Assembly: GCF_044324875.1 (NCBI RefSeq)
Contig: NZ_CP172185.1
Length of the DNA stretch: 64,000 nucleotides
Reading direction: 5' to 3' (one strand)
DNA from: Escherichia coli
GTDB lineage: Bacteria; Pseudomonadota; Gammaproteobacteria; Enterobacterales; Enterobacteriaceae
This document shows positions 59,814-64,000 of the stretch, in pieces; positions within the stretch are counted from its first letter, which is position 1; the number at the start of each line of letters is the position of its first letter. Position numbers and translations under genes: made by a program. Below the pieces are notes generated by a model that saw only the letters and a program-made list of their open reading frames with translations, was not told where the DNA came from and ran no database searches.

Positions 59814-62800
59814 ACATATTCACGCTTTCTCTCGGTCTGGCCGTCATGCCGATGGTCGAGGCAGCACCAACCGCTCAGCAACAGTTGCTGGAGCAAGTTC
59901 GGTTAGGCGAAGCGACCCATCGTGAAGACCTGGTGCAACAGTCGTTGTATCGTCTGGAACTTATTGATCCGAATAACCCGGAAGTCGTTGCCGCCCGTTT
60001 CCGTTCTCTGTTACGTCAGGGCGATATTGATGGCGCGCAAAAACAGCTCGATCGGCTGTCGCAGTTAGCGCCGAGTTCAAATGCGTATAAATCGTCGCGG
60101 ACCACAATGTTGCTTTCCACGCCGGATGGTCGTCAGGCACTGCAACAGGCAAGATTGCAGGCGACGACCGGTCATGCAGAAGAAGCTGTGGCGAGTTACA
60201 ACAAACTGTTCAACGGTGCGCCGCCGGAAGGTGACATTGCCGTCGAGTACTGGAGTACGGTGGCGAAAATTCCGGCTCGCCGTGGCGAAGCGATTAATCA
60301 GCTAAAACGCATTAATGCGGATACGCCGGGCAATACGGGCCTACAAAACAATCTGGCGCTATTGCTGTTTAGTAGCGATCGCCGTGACGAAGGTTTTGCC
60401 GTCCTGGAACAGATGGCGAAATCAAACGCCGGGCGCGAAGGGGCCTCTAAAATCTGGTACGGGCAGATTAAAGACATGCCCGTCAGCGATGCCAGTGTGT
60501 CGGCGCTGAAAAAATATCTCTCGATCTTTAGTGATGGCGATAGCGTAGCTGCGGCGCAATCGCAACTGGCAGAACAGCAAAAACAGCTGGCCGACCCTGC
60601 TTTCCGCGCTCGTGCGCAAGGTTTAGCGGCGGTGGACTCTGGTATGGCGGGTAAAGCCATTCCCGAACTACAACAGGCAGTGCGGGCGAACCCGAAAGAC
60701 AGTGAGGCTCTGGGGGCGCTGGGCCAGGCGTATTCTCAGAAAGGCGATCGCGCCAATGCGGTGGCGAATCTGGAAAAAGCCCTCGCCCTGGATCCGCACA
60801 GCAGCAACAACGACAAATGGAACAGTCTCCTGAAAGTAAACCGCTACTGGCTGGCGATCCAGCAGGGCGATGCTGCGCTGAAAGCCAATAATCCTGACCG
60901 GGCAGAACGCCTGTTCCAGCAGGCGCGTAATGTCGATAACACCGACAGCTATGCAGTGCTGGGGCTGGGCGATGTGGCGATGGCGCGCAAAGATTATCCC
61001 GCCGCTGAACGCTATTACCAGCAGACCCTGCGTATGGACAGCGGCAACACTAACGCCGTGCGCGGGCTGGCGAATATATACCGCCAGCAATCGCCAGAAA
61101 AAGCTGAAGCGTTTATCGCCTCGCTCTCTGCCAGTCAGCGGCGAAGCATTGATGATATCGAACGCAGCCTGCAAAACGACCGTCTGGCACAGCAGGCAGA
61201 GGCACTGGAAAACCAGGGCAAATGGGCGCAGGCGGCAGCACTTCAGCGGCAACGACTGGCGCTGGACCCCGGCAGCGTATGGATTACTTACCGACTTTCG
61301 CAGGATCTCTGGCAGGCCGGACAACGCAGCCAGGCCGATACGTTAATGCGTAATCTGGCGCAGCAGAAGCCGAACGACCCGGAGCAGGTTTACGCTTACG
61401 GGCTGTATCTCTCTGGTCATGACCAGGACAGAGCGGCGCTGGCGCATATCAACAGCCTGCCGCGCGCGCAGTGGAGCAGCAATATTCAGGAGCTGGTTAA
61501 TCGACTGCAAAGCGATCAGGTACTGGAAACCGCTAATCGCCTGCGAGAAAGCGGCAAAGAAGCTGAAGCGGAAGCGATGCTGCGCCAGCAACCACCTTCC
61601 ACGCGCATAGACCTCACGCTGGCTGACTGGGCGCAACAACGACGTGATTACACCGCCGCTCGCGCTGCATATCAGAATGTCCTGACGCGGGAGCCAACTA
61701 ACGCCGATGCCATTCTTGGTCTGACGGAAGTGGATATTGCTGCCGGTGACAAAGCGGCGGCACGTAGCCAGCTGGCGAAGCTGCCTGCCACCAATAACGC
61801 CTCGCTGAACACTCAGCGGCGCGTGGCGCTGGCACAGGCGCAGCTTGGCGATACCGCAGCGGCGCAGCAGACATTTAATCAGTTGATCCCGCTGGCAAAA
61901 TCTCAGCCGCCGTCGATGGAAAGTGCGATGGTGCTGCGCGACGGTGCGAAGTTTGAAGCGCAGGCGGGCGATCCAAAGCAGGCGCTGGAAACCTACAAAG
62001 ACGCGATGGTCGCATCCGGTGTGACCACGACGCGTCCGCAGGATAACGACACCTTTACCCGGCTGACCCGTAACGACGAGAAAGATGACTGGCTGAAACG
62101 CGGCGTGCGCAGCGATGCAGCGGACCTCTATCGCCAGCAGGATCTTAACGTCACCCTCGAGCACGATTACTGGGGGTCGAGCGGCACCGGTGGTTACTCC
62201 GATCTGAAAGCGCACACTACCATGTTGCAGGTGGATGCGCCGTATTCTGACGGGCGGATGTTCTTTCGTAGTGATTTCGTCAATATGAACGTCGGCAGTT
62301 TCTCCACTAATGCCGATGGCAAATGGGATGACAACTGGGGCACCTGTACATTACAGGACTGTAGCGGCAACCGCAGCCAGTCGGATTCCGGTGCCAGCGT
62401 GGCGGTCGGTTGGCGAAATGACGTCTGGAGCTGGGATATCGGCACCACGCCGATGGGCTTCAACGTGGTGGATGTGGTCGGCGGCATCAGTTACAGCGAT
62501 GATATCGGGCCGCTGGGTTACACCGTTAACGCCCATCGTCGGCCCATCTCCAGTTCTTTGCTGGCCTTTGGTGGGCAAAAAGACTCTCCGAGCAATACCG
62601 GGAAAAAATGGGGCGGCGTGCGTGCCGACGGCGTGGGGCTAAGCCTGAGCTACGATAAAGGTGAAGCAAACGGCGTCTGGGCATCGCTTAGCGGTGACCA
62701 GTTAACCGGTAAAAATGTCGAAGATAACTGGCGCGTGCGCTGGATGACGGGCTATTACTATAAGATCATCAACCAGAATAATCGCCGTGTGACCATTGGT

Positions 62801-63268
62801 CTTAACAATATGATCTGGCATTACGACAAAGACCTGAGTGGCTACTCACTCGGTCAGGGCGGTTACTACAGCCCGCAGGAATACCTGTCGTTTGCCATAC
62901 CGGTGATGTGGCGGGAGCGCACGGAAAACTGGTCGTGGGAGCTGGGGGCGTCTGGCTCGTGGTCGCATTCACGCACCAAAACCATGCCGCGTTATCCGCT
63001 GATGAATCTGATCCCGACCGACTGGCAGGAAGAAGCTGCGCGGCAATCCAACGATGGCGGCAGCAGTCAGGGCTTCGGCTATACGGCGCGGGCATTACTT
63101 GAACGACGTGTTACTTCCAACTGGTTTGTCGGCACGGCAATTGATATCCAGCAGGCGAAAGATTACGCACCCAGCCATTTCCTGCTCTACGTACGTTATT
63201 CCGCCGCCGGATGGCAGGGTGACATGGATTTACCGCCGCAGCCGCTGATACCTTACGCCGACTGGTAA
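59795..63268 (+). CDS. bcsC: cellulose synthase outer-membrane/TPR subunit
   Basis: 1157-aa ORF with signal peptide, long TPR region and C-terminal beta-barrel region (…[28 protein letters not shown]). Confidence 0.93.
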
Positions 63269-63349
63269 GTTTTCAGATAGCGCCTCTCTTAATGCCGCTG
63301 CGATCGGGTATACTCGGGCGGCAATCTGGGATTTCCGGGGGGAGACAAT

Positions 63350-64000
63350 TTGCGCGTAAGTCGCTCGTTAACAATCAAGCAGATGGCAATGGTGGCAGCC
63401 GTTGTCCTGGTGTTCGTTTTTATTTTTTGCACCGTTTTGCTGTTCCATCTGGTCCAGCAGAATCGCTTTAACACGGCTACGCAACTGGAAAGCATTGCTC
63501 GCTCTGTCCGCGAACCCTTATCTTCAGCTATTTTGAAAGGCGATATTCCCGAAGCGGAAGCTATTCTTGCCAGCATTAAACCGGCAGGCGTGGTCAGCCG
63601 TGCCGATGTAGTGCTGCCTAACCAGTTCCAGGCGCTGCGTAAAAGTTTTATTCCAGAGCGTCCGGTGCCGGTAATGGTTACTCGCCTGTTTGAGCTACCG
63701 GTTCAAATCTCGCTGGGTGTCTACTCGCTCGAACGTCCGGCAAATCCGCAGCCAATTGCCTATCTGGTGCTACAGGCGGATTCCTTCCGCATGTATAAGT
63801 TCGTGATGAGCACCCTCTCAGCGTTAGTGACCATTTACTTACTTTTGTCGTTAATATTGACGGTGGCGATTAGCTGGTGCATTAACCGCCTGATTTTGCA
63901 TCCGTTACGCAATATTGCTCGCGAACTTAACGCCATCCCTGCCCAGGAGCTTGTTGGTCACCAACTGGCATTACCACGTCTGCATCAGGACGATGAAATC
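63350..64000 (+). CDS. pdeK: c-di-GMP phosphodiesterase PdeK (YhjK), N-terminal part only
   Basis: Own translation: TTG start at 63350 with ggag 5 nt upstream; [53 protein letters not shown]… open to the window end. Not in the ORF track (non-ATG start, no stop). Confidence 0.7.
   Translation, partial: MRVSRSLTIKQMAMVAAVVLVFVFIFCTVLLFHLVQQNRFNTATQLESIARSVREPLSSAILKGDIPEAEAILASIKPAGVVSRADVVLPNQFQALRKSFIPERPVPVMVTRLFELPVQISLGVYSLERPANPQPIAYLVLQADSFRMYKFVMSTLSALVTIYLLLSLILTVAISWCINRLILHPLRNIARELNAIPAQELVGHQLALPRLHQDDEI

Overview
This window is a contiguous stretch of an Escherichia coli chromosome. Gene order matches, in reverse orientation, the K-12 region running from the yiaK/yiaL sugar-acid genes through ysaA, avtA, malS, bax, the xyl operon, yiaAB, wecH, ysaB, glyQS, hokA, cspA, yiaG, yiaF, ghrB, yiaD, bisC, yiaC, tag, yhjY, yhjX, eptB, tRNA-Pro, dppABCDF, yhjV, the ldr locus and the bcs cellulose cluster to the start of pdeK. 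All gene names and K-12 comparisons are from memory of the protein sequences, not from a database search. The strain is not a K-12 lab strain, and three insertion sequences are present: IS150 upstream of hokA, an IS3-family element splitting yhjY, and an IS621-type element carrying a bridge RNA, inserted in a REP sequence downstream of tRNA-Pro. Two genes look inactivated by point-scale lesions: ysaA by an 11-bp tandem duplication and bcsA by an in-frame amber codon that cuts off the PilZ domain. The ldr/rdl toxin locus is a four-copy tandem array. The least expected items are a YidD-like ORF with a cysteine-rich tail between hokA and cspA, and an unidentified gene where K-12 has yiaM. No rRNA or CRISPR array was seen.
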